Shown: positions 10,811 through 21,573 of the stretch, one piece after another
How positions within the stretch are numbered: position 1 is the first letter of the stretch
How the letters are laid out: every line of letters starts with the position of its first letter
Sequence record: MN871446.1
Direction: 5' to 3' (one strand)
DNA: 64,000 bases
Source: Klebsiella phage KpLz-2_45
Made by a program: the position numbers and the translations under genes
Notes under the pieces: model-generated
Seen by the model: the letters and a program-made list of their open reading frames with translations, nothing else
What the model was told of the DNA's origin: nothing
Database searches by the model: none

Positions 10811-12184
10811 TTACTTCAATGCACTCTTCCAGTCAAACTTCTCCACTTTCAATGACCTTCCATGCATCGCACTCATCTGGATACCCATAATTATCGATCC
10901 GACCTCTGTAGCCAGTGCCCCTAAAGCGGTCTTCGTATTCTCGAAACGTTTCCCGATACACTTCACGCAGAAGTTACCGTCGGTCGTGTGGCAAAAAAGC
11001 GGTGAGCGGAACAGATAACGTTTCCCATGTGAGGCAGCGGCGATCTCTGGCGTCATGAGAGTGAGTACGTTCTTCTCATCAAAGAAGTAAGACCAATGAA
11101 AACCTTCCTCATTCTCTTTCGTTACCGTGTGCTCCAGCCCAAGTCTGGAACCGCAATCGTCTTCTGCAATAGCCGTGTTCATGAAGAAGCGACCAATGAA
11201 CTTAGCGGCCTCGCCCCCTAAGGCGGTCATAGCGCCTCGGTTGAAGGAACCGTCGATAAGGGAGTTCGCCATCTCCGGAAGTTTATTGATATCCCATTGC
11301 TCTGACAGCGGGTTTTGAATAACCGTGATTTTGTTTCGGTTTTCAAAGTCGTATTCGATAGCGTGGGAGATATAAGCCTTAGCACGGACGACGTCGAAGT
11401 CTTTAGAACCGGGTCTCAGGAATCCTTTCTCGGGGTCTTGGGACTGGAATTCGATATCGTACTTGATCAGTTCGGACATGATTTTGGCGACAATTGCAGG
11501 ATCGTCAAGTTGGTCCTTATACTGTTCGTACAGTGCCGTACGGCGTTTTGCCATGTCAGGGGCAGTAACGATCGTGTAGGGTGTTGCAGCGGGTGTTGCG
11601 AGCTGACACCAGCCCGTTAAAGAGAAAGCGGCCGGATAGTATTTACTTTCCAGTTCATCGGTGTAGATCTTCTGTGGATCGCGTTCACTGGGGTCTTCCG
11701 GGGGTGTTTCTAACAGTTCGGCAATCTTATCTTCGATCTTGCCTATTTTGATCTCACCCGCTATAAAAGGAATACGGTCTTTGAAAGGGTAACAAAGTAC
11801 CGTTTGATTAACCATGACATTCCCTACAAGTGTAGTGACTTTCTCTTTTACGTTGACGAGGTCGCCTGGTTCTAAATCAATTTTGTCTTTGAACCGGAAA
11901 GGGGCGATACCTGGTTCAGCACCTTGAAGAACTTCCCATTCTTTACTGAAGGGATTAAAGAAGACTACCTGACCGTCTTCCTGGAAAAGTTGAAAGGGGT
12001 ATTCCTCGAAATCTTCGCGACGGGGTTCATCTTTAAAGTAAAGCGGGTACTTCCCGTTCGGTCTGCGCTCAGGGTCTTTCTCCGGGTAGTTGACGATACC
12101 AAAAGCATCGATGACCCATCCTTTATAAAGGAAACTGCCGTAGTTCAGAGCAGTTAATAAATAATCGCGTTTAAGCATGGTCAA
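10811..12184 (-). CDS. multisubunit RNA polymerase beta-prime-like subunit, C-terminal segment
   Basis: AIAEDDCGSRLG resembles bacterial beta-prime LVVTEDDCGT; KCIGKRF...GIQMSAMHG resembles the CAHCYGRDL...AAQSIGEPGTQLTMRTFH trigger-loop region. Confidence 0.6.
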   Translation of the reverse strand: MTMLKRDYLLTALNYGSFLYKGWVIDAFGIVNYPEKDPERRPNGKYPLYFKDEPRREDFEEYPFQLFQEDGQVVFFNPFSKEWEVLQGAEPGIAPFRFKDKIDLEPGDLVNVKEKVTTLVGNVMVNQTVLCYPFKDRIPFIAGEIKIGKIEDKIAELLETPPEDPSERDPQKIYTDELESKYYPAAFSLTGWCQLATPAATPYTIVTAPDMAKRRTALYEQYKDQLDDPAIVAKIMSELIKYDIEFQSQDPEKGFLRPGSKDFDVVRAKAYISHAIEYDFENRNKITVIQNPLSEQWDINKLPEMANSLIDGSFNRGAMTALGGEAAKFIGRFFMNTAIAEDDCGSRLGLEHTVTKENEEGFHWSYFFDEKNVLTLMTPEIAAASHGKRYLFRSPLFCHTTDGNFCVKCIGKRFENTKTALGALATEVGSIIMGIQMSAMHGRSLKVEKFDWKSALK

Positions 12185-13010
12185 ACTCCGGGAGTGGTAA
12201 TTTAGTCACAATTCTTGAAATTGTTAATAGCGTTTTCGGGTCGATGAAATAATGCGGCAGTTCTTCGCCAATACGCTCTTTGATTTTATCGTTCGGAATA
12301 CCAGCAGCAATCGCAGAGAAAACTGCTAACTTACCAATAACCTCCGGTGTATTCTTTTCCTCTGAAAAGTAATAATCCAGGAAATTAGTTAATGGCTCAC
12401 CTACACTACCGCCGTCTTTGAAGAAACGCACTGCTCGTTCGATCCCGTAGAAATTCAGGGCGTTCTTTGTTCTTTCAACCAGGGCGGTGTCGACGGAATC
12501 GTCTTCGGGGAAACGATAGGTCATTTCGTTGAGGTAATCTCGGAGACGATAGAGTAATGAAGGTGAGACTTCGGCGGTGAGTTCAAGGATCTGATTAGTG
12601 TCGAGCGTATTGTCCACCACGTGCAGTACTTCGGCGATTTTTTCTTTTGGGTCCTCGGCGATTTCTAACGCGTACTTAACCGACTGAAGATCCTCGTGTG
12701 AATCGACGTGATATAAAGCCTGACAGATCTTTGCGAGGAGTTCGAGTTTACCGTAAAGCGGTTGGTCATCGCTCAGGTATAGACCGAACTCTTCAATACC
12801 TTCTACCAACAAGTCGGTGACGATCTGGTCGAATTGTGCGACGTTGTCTACTGTCGTAAATTCATCGAGGTAGGTGGTAAACTGATTAAACTGTAGTTCG
12901 AAAGTACCTGGGTCTAAACGATACAAAAACGGCAGTACAACTTTATATGTTGAAACTCTGGCTTCTGACACCGTACGTGTCAGATAGTTGAGTAAATTGT
13001 CGATCAGCAT
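12171..13010 (-). CDS. hypothetical protein
   Basis: 279 aa ORF. Confidence 0.5.
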   Translation of the reverse strand: MLIDNLLNYLTRTVSEARVSTYKVVLPFLYRLDPGTFELQFNQFTTYLDEFTTVDNVAQFDQIVTDLLVEGIEEFGLYLSDDQPLYGKLELLAKICQALYHVDSHEDLQSVKYALEIAEDPKEKIAEVLHVVDNTLDTNQILELTAEVSPSLLYRLRDYLNEMTYRFPEDDSVDTALVERTKNALNFYGIERAVRFFKDGGSVGEPLTNFLDYYFSEEKNTPEVIGKLAVFSAIAAGIPNDKIKERIGEELPHYFIDPKTLLTISRIVTKLPLPEFDHA

Positions 13011-13052
13011 TATTGAGCCCTTATGTAAATTTTAATTCACAGTAAGCGTAAT

Positions 13053-13517
13053 TTGAATGAAAATCTTTTTCTAACTGAGGCAAATGACATGTCTAAAGCA
13101 CGTAAGAAGAAACCCACTAAAAAGCCCGGTTACATGAAGTTACACGGGTTTCAATACATCAATGACATTATTCGGAAATCACCGAAGTTACTCTCCGAAG
13201 CCGCCACTATAGTAGTGCAGTTCGACGCCTTAGATGAAAAAACTCTTTCTTTAGGGGAAATCCTGAAAGGGAAAGAAGAGATCAAGAAGATCGCAGAGAA
13301 AGCACCCTCTATTCGAACGACGCTCGAAGAACTGAAAACCGATTTCGAAACGCTGGTTGCGACACCGGGTAAAAAGGAAGAAGAGCACTTCGCCGATTTG
13401 GTTGGACGTGCTGCTGAATTTATTTCAATGATCACCGAAGACGTGATTGCTCCGATGGCAGAGATCGCGGAGATTGTAGAAAAACGCATTAACCAAAAGG
13501 AAACTGTCAATGTCTGA
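13053..13517 (+). CDS. hypothetical protein
   Basis: 154 aa ORF; ATGtctGA overlap with the next gene. Confidence 0.5.
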   Translation: MNENLFLTEANDMSKARKKKPTKKPGYMKLHGFQYINDIIRKSPKLLSEAATIVVQFDALDEKTLSLGEILKGKEEIKKIAEKAPSIRTTLEELKTDFETLVATPGKKEEEHFADLVGRAAEFISMITEDVIAPMAEIAEIVEKRINQKETVNV

Positions 13518-15234
13518 TTTTGAAAACGAACAGTCCGGTACTGAAGAAACCCCTACTATTCCTACCACGGGTGTAGGTATTCCGGTCACCAAACACGTTA
13601 TCACTGACGACGTGTTTGAGGAAGCGCCGGTAGCAGTCTCCGATGAGACTGTTCAGGAAGACACTGTCACTCCGGCGGAAGAAGAAACCAAACCGGAAGA
13701 AGAGACGGAAGAAAAAGAAGAAGAAGAACATCTTCTCTTTGACGTCGAACCGAATAAAATCGTGATTGATCCGACTCGCCCTATCTTTGTCAGGATCGAT
13801 CCTAATCAACGCGGCATTGCAGCGTTAAGTGTATTACCCACGACGCGTGCTGATGCAGAGACGTTTGAAGAAAGTTTGAATAACGTCACTAACGAAGACC
13901 TTGAATGGATTCTCTCGACTCGTAACGCGACGGATTCAGCGTATCCCGGAAACGGTCTTCTGAAAGCGGCGATACGTAACGGAGCAAAGTGGAAGACTCA
14001 GATCGAGAACCCGACGACAGCAATTCCGCTTTGCGATTACCGCAGTGCGTATAAGATCTTTGATCAACCGGCTACCAAAATTTCGGGTATTGATGCAATC
14101 GATATGTTCACTGCCGGAACTAACCTGGGTCGTCCTGTCACGGTACCGCTGTGGCACTCTGGTTTTTGGGTGAAACTCCGTGCACCGTCGGCTGCATTCT
14201 TAGCGGATATCGACCGTGCCTTAGCCTTCTCGCGTGAAGAGCTGGGTCTGGAAGTCTTTGGGGCGATTGGGGCCAATGACCGTTTGATCTTTGACGAGAT
14301 TCTCGTTGACGCGGCGTTGAAACTCGTTGTAGAAACCAATATCCCGATTGCGAAATCCCCGATGGAATTAAAAGAGGTTATTGACTTCTTTGATATCGAC
14401 AACCTGATCTGGGGTATGGCATTAGCAGCATTCCCGGACGGTTGTGAGATCGCCATTCCGTGCCCGAGCTGCCGTGGTGTGAGTCACGTCAAAGCAAACC
14501 TTCTCCGTATGCGTTTTGTCGACGAGTCGCGTTTGACGCAGGTTCAGATCCGTCAGATGGCCAAAGGGATTAGCCATAAGACAACGCTGGAAGAACTGAA
14601 AAAATACAAAGAAGAGTTCCAAATTCTCAATACCCAGAAATGGGAATGGAACAAACGTACCTTCACCTTCCGTTCGCCGACGATCGAAGAGTACTTAACG
14701 TCAGGTCGAGAGTATATCACTTCGGTTTCCCGTGCGTTAACCGAAACGCTGCGCGATGATATCACCGATGACTACCGTCGCGGTCAGAGCATGAAGTCAA
14801 TCCTTAACACGGAAGAGACAGCGCGGTTCATGCACTTCATTCGTGAGATTCGTATCCCGAACACCAATGAAAAAGGTAATCCGGATAACTACGGGATTGT
14901 TACCGATTCCCATGCTATCCTCGATATCATGCGTTATATTTCGGGTGACTTCGAAGCCAGTGATGGTTTAATCGTGGCAATCAATGATTTCATCAATGAC
15001 GCCATCTGCACTATCATTGGATTCCCTAACGTCAATTGCCCGGCCTGTGGTAAATTCTATCTCTCGAAGACCGGGGAAGCGACAATCATTGTTCCGTTTA
15101 ACCCTGCTGTGGGTTTTTTTATCCTTGCGCAACACAAGATTACGGAAGCGGGGTCGGAGCCACTGACGAATTTAATGACGTTAGGTCTGACCGGTTTGCT
15201 ATCCAAGGTATCGGCCAGCGAGGCTCAGGGTTAA
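13510..15234 (+). CDS. hypothetical protein with acidic N-terminal region
   Basis: 574 aa ORF; E/T-rich N-terminus; translationally coupled. Confidence 0.55.
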   Translation: MSDFENEQSGTEETPTIPTTGVGIPVTKHVITDDVFEEAPVAVSDETVQEDTVTPAEEETKPEEETEEKEEEEHLLFDVEPNKIVIDPTRPIFVRIDPNQRGIAALSVLPTTRADAETFEESLNNVTNEDLEWILSTRNATDSAYPGNGLLKAAIRNGAKWKTQIENPTTAIPLCDYRSAYKIFDQPATKISGIDAIDMFTAGTNLGRPVTVPLWHSGFWVKLRAPSAAFLADIDRALAFSREELGLEVFGAIGANDRLIFDEILVDAALKLVVETNIPIAKSPMELKEVIDFFDIDNLIWGMALAAFPDGCEIAIPCPSCRGVSHVKANLLRMRFVDESRLTQVQIRQMAKGISHKTTLEELKKYKEEFQILNTQKWEWNKRTFTFRSPTIEEYLTSGREYITSVSRALTETLRDDITDDYRRGQSMKSILNTEETARFMHFIREIRIPNTNEKGNPDNYGIVTDSHAILDIMRYISGDFEASDGLIVAINDFINDAICTIIGFPNVNCPACGKFYLSKTGEATIIVPFNPAVGFFILAQHKITEAGSEPLTNLMTLGLTGLLSKVSASEAQG

Positions 15235-15251
15235 TTGAGAAGACAGGCGGA

Positions 15252-15638
15252 TTGGGGAACCTTTCCGCCAAAGTGGCGTTGCGCAGGGCGTACGACCTCG
15301 ATAACGGGATTTACTCTGAAGCAGTAGATGCCAAAGTCCCATTCTCTCTTATTGCGATGCATGAACCTGAAGCGGCTGCAAACAAAGGGAAATGGGATGA
15401 GTTACTCGAAAAATATCACACGCACCAGATTAAAGATTACTTCAACTTTACGTTTACAGATTGGGTGAGTCAACCTAATGATATGGTTGAAAAGCAAATC
15501 AACACTTCTATTCGGTGGCGTGAACGAGAAGTCAATGCTAAATCGGAAGAAACGAAAGAGTTAGAGGCACAACTTTCCCAACAGGGTATTACGGTCCCTA
15601 ACGTTCAAATGATGAAGGAAAAAGGCCATGGCCAATAA
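15252..15638 (+). CDS. hypothetical protein
   Basis: 128 aa ORF. Confidence 0.45.
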   Translation: MGNLSAKVALRRAYDLDNGIYSEAVDAKVPFSLIAMHEPEAAANKGKWDELLEKYHTHQIKDYFNFTFTDWVSQPNDMVEKQINTSIRWREREVNAKSEETKELEAQLSQQGITVPNVQMMKEKGHGQ

Positions 15639-16266
15639 GTTTGATAAAATCCAAAAGAAATCTCAGGAACTCTCTGACGCAGCAGATGCGGTAGCAGAAA
15701 CGGCTGCTTCGGGTGAGAACGACAACGCTCCTGTTTCAGCAACCGTGGCAACCGAGTCTGCGGTAGGTGGCAGCGTGAAAGTAAGCACGGTCTCTGAAAC
15801 TGCGGCTAAGACTTCAGCTGATGTTTACGCTGGAGAAAGCGATGCGGTCAAATTGATCATTGCACACCTCGAAGACTACGTTCTGAAAATGGCGCCAGAA
15901 AAAGCGCAGACTGAATCTTCACTGAAAGAAAATCAGAGCGTGCTCTATCGGACACTGGAACAACTGGTTAATCTGGACAATGTTGCGGATTTTGCGGTCT
16001 GTATGAAACGTCTGTTTGCGCTGGTTCGCAAATACGAAGACGGAGCCTTTGCGCCCAATATGCGTTTTCGCCGTCTGAGCCTTTTAGCGAAGGGTGATAA
16101 ACAACTCGACAAATACATCGCGTTCGTCGACATGGTTTGCGCGTTTGCTACTCCTGCAGTGCGTAAAACTATCATTCAGCGTTACAACTTGGCACGAGCG
16201 GCAGAATTCGCTAAACCGGATTACCGTGAGCGTCTGATTGAATTCGTGAAGGCGATCAGCGGTTAA
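15628..16266 (+). CDS. hypothetical protein
   Basis: 212 aa ORF overlapping the upstream gene by 11 nt. Confidence 0.5.
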   Translation: MANKFDKIQKKSQELSDAADAVAETAASGENDNAPVSATVATESAVGGSVKVSTVSETAAKTSADVYAGESDAVKLIIAHLEDYVLKMAPEKAQTESSLKENQSVLYRTLEQLVNLDNVADFAVCMKRLFALVRKYEDGAFAPNMRFRRLSLLAKGDKQLDKYIAFVDMVCAFATPAVRKTIIQRYNLARAAEFAKPDYRERLIEFVKAISG

Positions 16267-16273
16267 GTTATAA

Positions 16274-16307
16274 CTCCCCTCTTCCCGTAAACACGGGAAG
16301 AGGGGAG
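16274..16307. terminator. bidirectional hairpin terminator
   Basis: ctcccctcttcccg-taaaca-cgggaagaggggag perfect 14 bp stem between convergent genes. Confidence 0.6.
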
Positions 16308-16324
16308 AATATATGTTATTTCAA

Positions 16325-17281
16325 TTAATTCGTTTTATCCCATTCCAACAGAATAAGGTCTACCAACTTTTCTTTTTGAGTCTGGTTAAGACCATCTCCC
16401 AAAAAGAAATAAATAAGGTCTTTTACGACGACTTCTTTTTTATTATCGTAATCAGGGGCGAGGAGAGCGACACGACGTTTTATCTCATCTGGATTAGTCA
16501 GAGAGAGGTCAATGAGAGGTGAATTGATATTAATGAATTTTTCTGTCAAAAAATTCAGTTCAGCAGGGTCATTAAGATCTATCACATACTTATTTCGCGA
16601 GCTTTCATTTACTGGGGTGGGTGTAAAACTCGGATCAGGGCGGTCGTTTGGCATTAACCCAGTTACCGTGAATTGCGGTGTGCGATACGATGAAAGATCT
16701 GGGGATTTACATTTACCAAAAATATCATTGATTTTTTCAGTAATATGTTCTTCATGAGTTGGTTGAGGGGCAATTTCCAACTGGTCGCTGATATATCCGT
16801 TAAAAATAAGATCGAATCCGGTAATGTTAACATTACCATTATTTCCCTCGGCTTCTTTACTCGTGTCTAATGCAGGATAAATATAACGTCCATTGACGGA
16901 TAAACGCGGATAAAAACTGAATTCACCGTCACGTAATCCGTTTGCATATTGGAGGAAATGTTCGTGTGGGGTATTGGGGTTCAGTAATGTGATTTTGACC
17001 GAATAAATTGTTCCGGAAAGATCGCCCTGAAGCTGATGGGTATTTAGGGTGAATTTGGCTTCGGATAAAGAAGGGAAATAATCCATTTGGTTATTTTTAT
17101 TTTTAGCTTCTTCACGAGACACAACGGAAACATAAGCCAAAATAGGCGGAGTAGTTTGTTTTACGGCGCTTATTACCTGGGCTACTTTTTCGATGGGCAG
17201 CAGGCAGGCTTTAGCGACATCCTGCAATGAGAAATAAACGATCATGGAGTCGTTACTTACAATTTTTACTTGATGGTTCAT
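16325..17281 (-). CDS. hypothetical protein
   Basis: 318 aa ORF. Confidence 0.5.
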   Translation of the reverse strand: MNHQVKIVSNDSMIVYFSLQDVAKACLLPIEKVAQVISAVKQTTPPILAYVSVVSREEAKNKNNQMDYFPSLSEAKFTLNTHQLQGDLSGTIYSVKITLLNPNTPHEHFLQYANGLRDGEFSFYPRLSVNGRYIYPALDTSKEAEGNNGNVNITGFDLIFNGYISDQLEIAPQPTHEEHITEKINDIFGKCKSPDLSSYRTPQFTVTGLMPNDRPDPSFTPTPVNESSRNKYVIDLNDPAELNFLTEKFININSPLIDLSLTNPDEIKRRVALLAPDYDNKKEVVVKDLIYFFLGDGLNQTQKEKLVDLILLEWDKTN

Positions 17282-17383
17282 CTTGACCGTACCTTTTCTT
17301 TGTTAGAGCCTCCTAGCGGGCTCATAATAGCTGTGGGTACGTATTTTTTGTTATGAGATCAATTTATCACGAAGGGTCAGATT

Positions 17384-19348
17384 ATGTTTAATTTTGCTAA
17401 AGCCGCATTTGGAATGGTTGAAGTAGAAGAATCGAACGGAAAGATTAAGATCACCGCTATTCGTTCTAAGGACGCTTTAGGGGAAATTTATAATACCTGG
17501 CGTACCTCTCGTATCGAACAAAGTATGTTCACTAAGATTACGCCTTACAGTATCGAATTTTACAGTTTCTTCGCGGTAGAGTTTGTTTACATTCTCGATC
17601 AGATTATCGCCAAACAGGGGCGAAGTATGATTGCGAAGAAAACATTGAAACAAGTGAAAGAAGGTATTCTCACTAATACTTGGATGCGGTCTACTCAGGT
17701 AGATCACGACCCTATTTTGGATCGCAGTAAACTGAGCCTGTTTACCAAAAGCCCGCTGCGCCATCAAATGGAATTCATTGATCATTACGATACTGTTGTT
17801 CCTAAATGGCAGCTCAGCGGTTACTGTATGGCTATGAATACTGGGTCCGGGAAAACCTTGTCTTCGTTAATGATCGCAGAAATGCTCAATGTTGATATCA
17901 TTATCATGGTATCATTAAAAGCGTCTATTTATCGTGTCTGGGAAGATGCGATGCAAAATGATTACAAAAAGACGCCTGAGTACTGGGTTCAGGCACGAGA
18001 TGGATCATTGCCCTCGGGAACATTACCGAAGTATTTAATCTACCATATGGAAGCTATTGGTAAATTACTGGAAGATTCCGGGCGATTCACTGGTAAGAAA
18101 ATTGCATTAATACTCGACGAATCTCACAAACTGAATGAGCTTAGTTCTCAGCGCACTCAAGATATTTTACAATTTTGTAAGCGTATACAACCCGTTACAA
18201 CGCTATGGGCTTCCGCAACACCGATCAAAGCGTATGGTTCAGAAGCTATCCCAATGCTGGCGACGTTTGATAAGATGATGACGTTAGAGGCCATGGAAGC
18301 CTTTAAGAAACTATACGGGAAGTCAAGTAAAAAATGTTTTGACATCATACGTCATCGTATGGGCAATGTCATGTTTAAAGTGGAAATTGTTAAAACCAAC
18401 CCAATCATCGAGAATGTTCCGATCAAACTGAAAGACCCGGATAGGTTTTTACTGTCTACGTTGAAAATGGACATGAAAGACTATATTCTGGAGCGGATTG
18501 AGTACTGGAAAAAACTTGAGCCGCAAGTTAAGTTAGGTTACTATTCTGGCGTAGACAAATATGCTCGTACTGTTAAGACTAAAGAACAAGAAGCTCAACT
18601 AAAACAATACCGACGTTTTGTTGAGCAAATCTCTAAAACCACCGATTACCAAATGGTGAAAGAAGAGATGATGTTCTGTAATAAGTTTGAAAAGAATTTA
18701 ATCGAGCCCTTGCTGCGCGGAGAAGATTTAAAGAATTTCCGTAGTTACAAATCAGTGATCAAATATTTACCGTTAAAAGTTCGTGGTGAGTGTTTAGGTA
18801 ACGTCGTAGGGAAGCGCAGAGAAGAAGTTACACTTGCTTTAATTGCGGAGTGTGATCTTCCTAAATACATTAAAGCGGCAGAGAAGAAAACTATCATTTT
18901 TACTAGCTACGTGAAAGCGGTAGAAATGACAGAAAACTATCTGGTGTCGAAAGGATTCAAACCTGTAACCGTTTACGGGGAAGGTGAGGATTTAACTAAA
19001 CAAGTGAAGCGATTCTTTGATGATAGTAGTATTAACCCATTGATTGCAACCTATCAAAGTTTATCTACTTCGGTTCCCTTGATCGCAGCGAACGTTATTT
19101 TAGCCATCAACGCGCCATTCCGCGATTACATCATGGAACAGGCTATCGGTCGTATCGACCGTATTAACCAAAGTGCCCAAACCTATGTCTTTAAGTTCTA
19201 TTTGGAGACATCGGAACCTAACATCAGTAGTCGAACACTTGATATCTTAACCTGGTCGGAAGAACAAGTGAACCAAATACTTGGTGTGAAAGAGGAGGCG
19301 GTAGCCCTGGAAGCTTGGTCACTTGAAGCCATTCCGCAATACACGTAG
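17384..19348 (+). CDS. SF2 helicase (DExH-type)
   Basis: Walker A AMNTGSGKT and motif II ILDESHKL. Confidence 0.6.
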   Translation: MFNFAKAAFGMVEVEESNGKIKITAIRSKDALGEIYNTWRTSRIEQSMFTKITPYSIEFYSFFAVEFVYILDQIIAKQGRSMIAKKTLKQVKEGILTNTWMRSTQVDHDPILDRSKLSLFTKSPLRHQMEFIDHYDTVVPKWQLSGYCMAMNTGSGKTLSSLMIAEMLNVDIIIMVSLKASIYRVWEDAMQNDYKKTPEYWVQARDGSLPSGTLPKYLIYHMEAIGKLLEDSGRFTGKKIALILDESHKLNELSSQRTQDILQFCKRIQPVTTLWASATPIKAYGSEAIPMLATFDKMMTLEAMEAFKKLYGKSSKKCFDIIRHRMGNVMFKVEIVKTNPIIENVPIKLKDPDRFLLSTLKMDMKDYILERIEYWKKLEPQVKLGYYSGVDKYARTVKTKEQEAQLKQYRRFVEQISKTTDYQMVKEEMMFCNKFEKNLIEPLLRGEDLKNFRSYKSVIKYLPLKVRGECLGNVVGKRREEVTLALIAECDLPKYIKAAEKKTIIFTSYVKAVEMTENYLVSKGFKPVTVYGEGEDLTKQVKRFFDDSSINPLIATYQSLSTSVPLIAANVILAINAPFRDYIMEQAIGRIDRINQSAQTYVFKFYLETSEPNISSRTLDILTWSEEQVNQILGVKEEAVALEAWSLEAIPQYT

Positions 19349-19349
19349 C

Positions 19350-19405
19350 AAAAAAAAAGAATATAGCGGATAGTTTCCCTACTGCCACTAGGCAGTAGGG
19401 AAACT
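19350..19405. terminator. bidirectional terminator
   Basis: A9 run, hairpin tagtttccctactgcc-acta-ggcagtagggaaact, T-run on the minus strand. Confidence 0.6.
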
Positions 19406-19409
19406 TATA

Positions 19410-19793
19410 TTAGTTTGCGTCTGTCAAATCAAGGAATTCAATTCCCATGAAAACACAGAGAGAAGGGTTAGTAGTCGATGAGTTAGCGTACATGACCCGT
19501 ATACGCGTATCATTGAATCGTGAGACGGCCGCGGTAAACTCGATAGGGTGAATGTATTGCTCTGGACGAACCGGGTTCTTGAACGCTTTAGGGAACGCTG
19601 GGGGAAGGTTATCAACCTGATCGTAATTCCATTCTCCCATCGCCGCGTATGTCTTGAGCATGATCGCCGCTTTTTGTTTGGCTTCCGCGACACACGGTTT
19701 AGCATATTTAACATCAGGCGATGCGTATCCTTCTGCTGCAAAGGAGGTGGCGGAAATGACGGAGAGAATCAACGCGATAAAAATGTTTTTCAT
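19410..19793 (-). CDS. small secreted protein (signal peptide)
   Basis: N-terminal MKNIFIALILSVISATSFAA signal-peptide-like segment. Confidence 0.5.
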   Translation of the reverse strand: MKNIFIALILSVISATSFAAEGYASPDVKYAKPCVAEAKQKAAIMLKTYAAMGEWNYDQVDNLPPAFPKAFKNPVRPEQYIHPIEFTAAVSRFNDTRIRVMYANSSTTNPSLCVFMGIEFLDLTDAN

Positions 19794-19834
19794 TTATGAA
19801 TTCCTTATTGACTGAAGTAAGTAGGAGGGGGTGT

Positions 19835-20380
19835 TTAAACACTAACGGCGAAATTAACCATGCCAAGTTCTAAAATTATTTCAGCCAACTTTTTACAGTT
19901 AGCGTAACTTGAATGTTCAAACGTACGAACCATGTCGATGGTTAAGCCATCGATGTTTTCATAGTCTTTCACGTTGAAGGTTTTAAAATTAACTTTACCT
20001 GCATCCGGGTCGTTAACGTAATCAGGTTTAACTGGCAAAACAGAATCGATAATGTCGGAATAAAGTTCCTTAATTACACTCACCGCCATTGCGTCAGTAT
20101 CGTAGCTACTAGTCTCAGTGATGATAGGTCCGATAAAATACAACGTTCCGTCATTGATGCCATAGCTAAAGGCTTGGACGCCGAGTGCTTCAAAAAATTT
20201 TAAGAAGTGACCCCAATGTTCATTTTCATTGTTTTCACGATACGTGTGCGTCGGACAAAATTTGTATTCAATACCCTTATTGTAATGAAAATTACAGTCT
20301 TTAATCTCTGACCCCAAAAATATTTTTGCACACGCTTCAACATATTTTTCGATTACGACTTCAGTTAATTTAATCCGCAT
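19835..20380 (-). CDS. hypothetical protein, paralog of the 20455..20991 product
   Basis: Shared blocks CNFHYN/CNFYYT, FSY, LYFI.PII.E with the neighbouring gene. Confidence 0.5.
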   Translation of the reverse strand: MRIKLTEVVIEKYVEACAKIFLGSEIKDCNFHYNKGIEYKFCPTHTYRENNENEHWGHFLKFFEALGVQAFSYGINDGTLYFIGPIITETSSYDTDAMAVSVIKELYSDIIDSVLPVKPDYVNDPDAGKVNFKTFNVKDYENIDGLTIDMVRTFEHSSYANCKKLAEIILELGMVNFAVSV

Positions 20381-20454
20381 TTTAAATTCCTTAATATTAG
20401 TTTAGTTTGTTTATATTCACTAAATGAAAAATAAATTTCACTTTGACCGGAAAC

Positions 20455-20991
20455 TTAGCCACTGTACTCGATGGAAGTAATGCCAAGATCTCGATAGAGA
20501 CTGGCCGCTTTAAGCGCTTCGAAATACGTTAAGGTATCAAACCTTTCACCGAGAGCGTGAGCAAATTCGGTCGCAGAAGCGTAGCGCTGTGGACAGAACT
20601 CTTTGTAGAATAACCGCTGCTGTTCTGCGATATCGAAATGGCTCGCGGCACAATTACGAAGATACGGTTCGGTGAATAGTTCCCGTATCGTAACTATCGC
20701 GGTTGTATTAACTCGATGTGACGGAGCTTCGCTAATGATCGGGCTGATAAAGTAAAGTTCATTGCGGTCAAAGCAATAACTGAAACCTTTGACGCCGATG
20801 AGATTAAGGTGGTAAAGAAAGTTTTCCCAGGGTGTCTTTTCACCTGGGGTTGGTGCAGACGTCGACTGGAACTTAAAGTCGTACATGTTGGTGTAATAAA
20901 AATTACACGCTGTGACATTCTCAGATAAAAATCTTTTCGCGGCGAGTTCAACGTGTTTCTTAACTTGGTCTTCTGTCAGGACAGTGTTCAT
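20455..20991 (-). CDS. hypothetical protein, paralog of the 19835..20380 product (start moved to internal Met)
   Basis: Internal ATG at 20991 has RBS AAGGAAAGGA; the promoter-like motif at 21014..21033 lies inside the longer tabulated ORF. Confidence 0.45.
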   Translation of the reverse strand: MNTVLTEDQVKKHVELAAKRFLSENVTACNFYYTNMYDFKFQSTSAPTPGEKTPWENFLYHLNLIGVKGFSYCFDRNELYFISPIISEAPSHRVNTTAIVTIRELFTEPYLRNCAASHFDIAEQQRLFYKEFCPQRYASATEFAHALGERFDTLTYFEALKAASLYRDLGITSIEYSG

Positions 20992-21303
20992 TTCCTTTCC
21001 TTTGTTATCGGATTTCAATAGCGTGATATATACACAAAACAGATTGGAGACTGATGTCTCCAATCTGTCAGTTATAAGTAAGGTTTTACTACCGCCCATC
21101 TTTCTTCTTCTGTTAGTTCGTCTAAATCACGACTAGTCGACCCTCTGCTGAAGTTACGACTAAACTTCTCACCTGCTTTATCATCGTCTCCCAAACAAAC
21201 AAATTCGTAGGGAAGTAATAATAACTGTTGTTTCAGTTGAGGGGAAAGGTCAGAACCTAATGCGCTCCAGCTATTTAAGTCCAGGACATGAAGACTGGCT
21301 GAT

Positions 21304-21573
21304 TTAAAGACAGACTCCGTTAAGAATACGGGACCGGGTTTCAGTTCTAATTTCTAAACCAAAAACACCGGCATTACCAAGAAGTCTCGTGAAATAACGG
21401 GCTTCTTTTGGGTTCTTTGTTTTCTTGGGGGCGTCGGGTGTATATACCTGATAACCGCGCAGTTTATAATCGAAACCAAACAAAGGTACGGTAAGACTGG
21501 TTTCTGTTAACCAATTAGTCGGGTAGCGGTTTACGTCGTAATGACGTTCGAGCAAGTGTTCGGTTAAGTTCAT
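21304..21573 (-). CDS. hypothetical protein
   Basis: 89 aa ORF. Confidence 0.35.
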   Translation of the reverse strand: MNLTEHLLERHYDVNRYPTNWLTETSLTVPLFGFDYKLRGYQVYTPDAPKKTKNPKEARYFTRLLGNAGVFGLEIRTETRSRILNGVCL

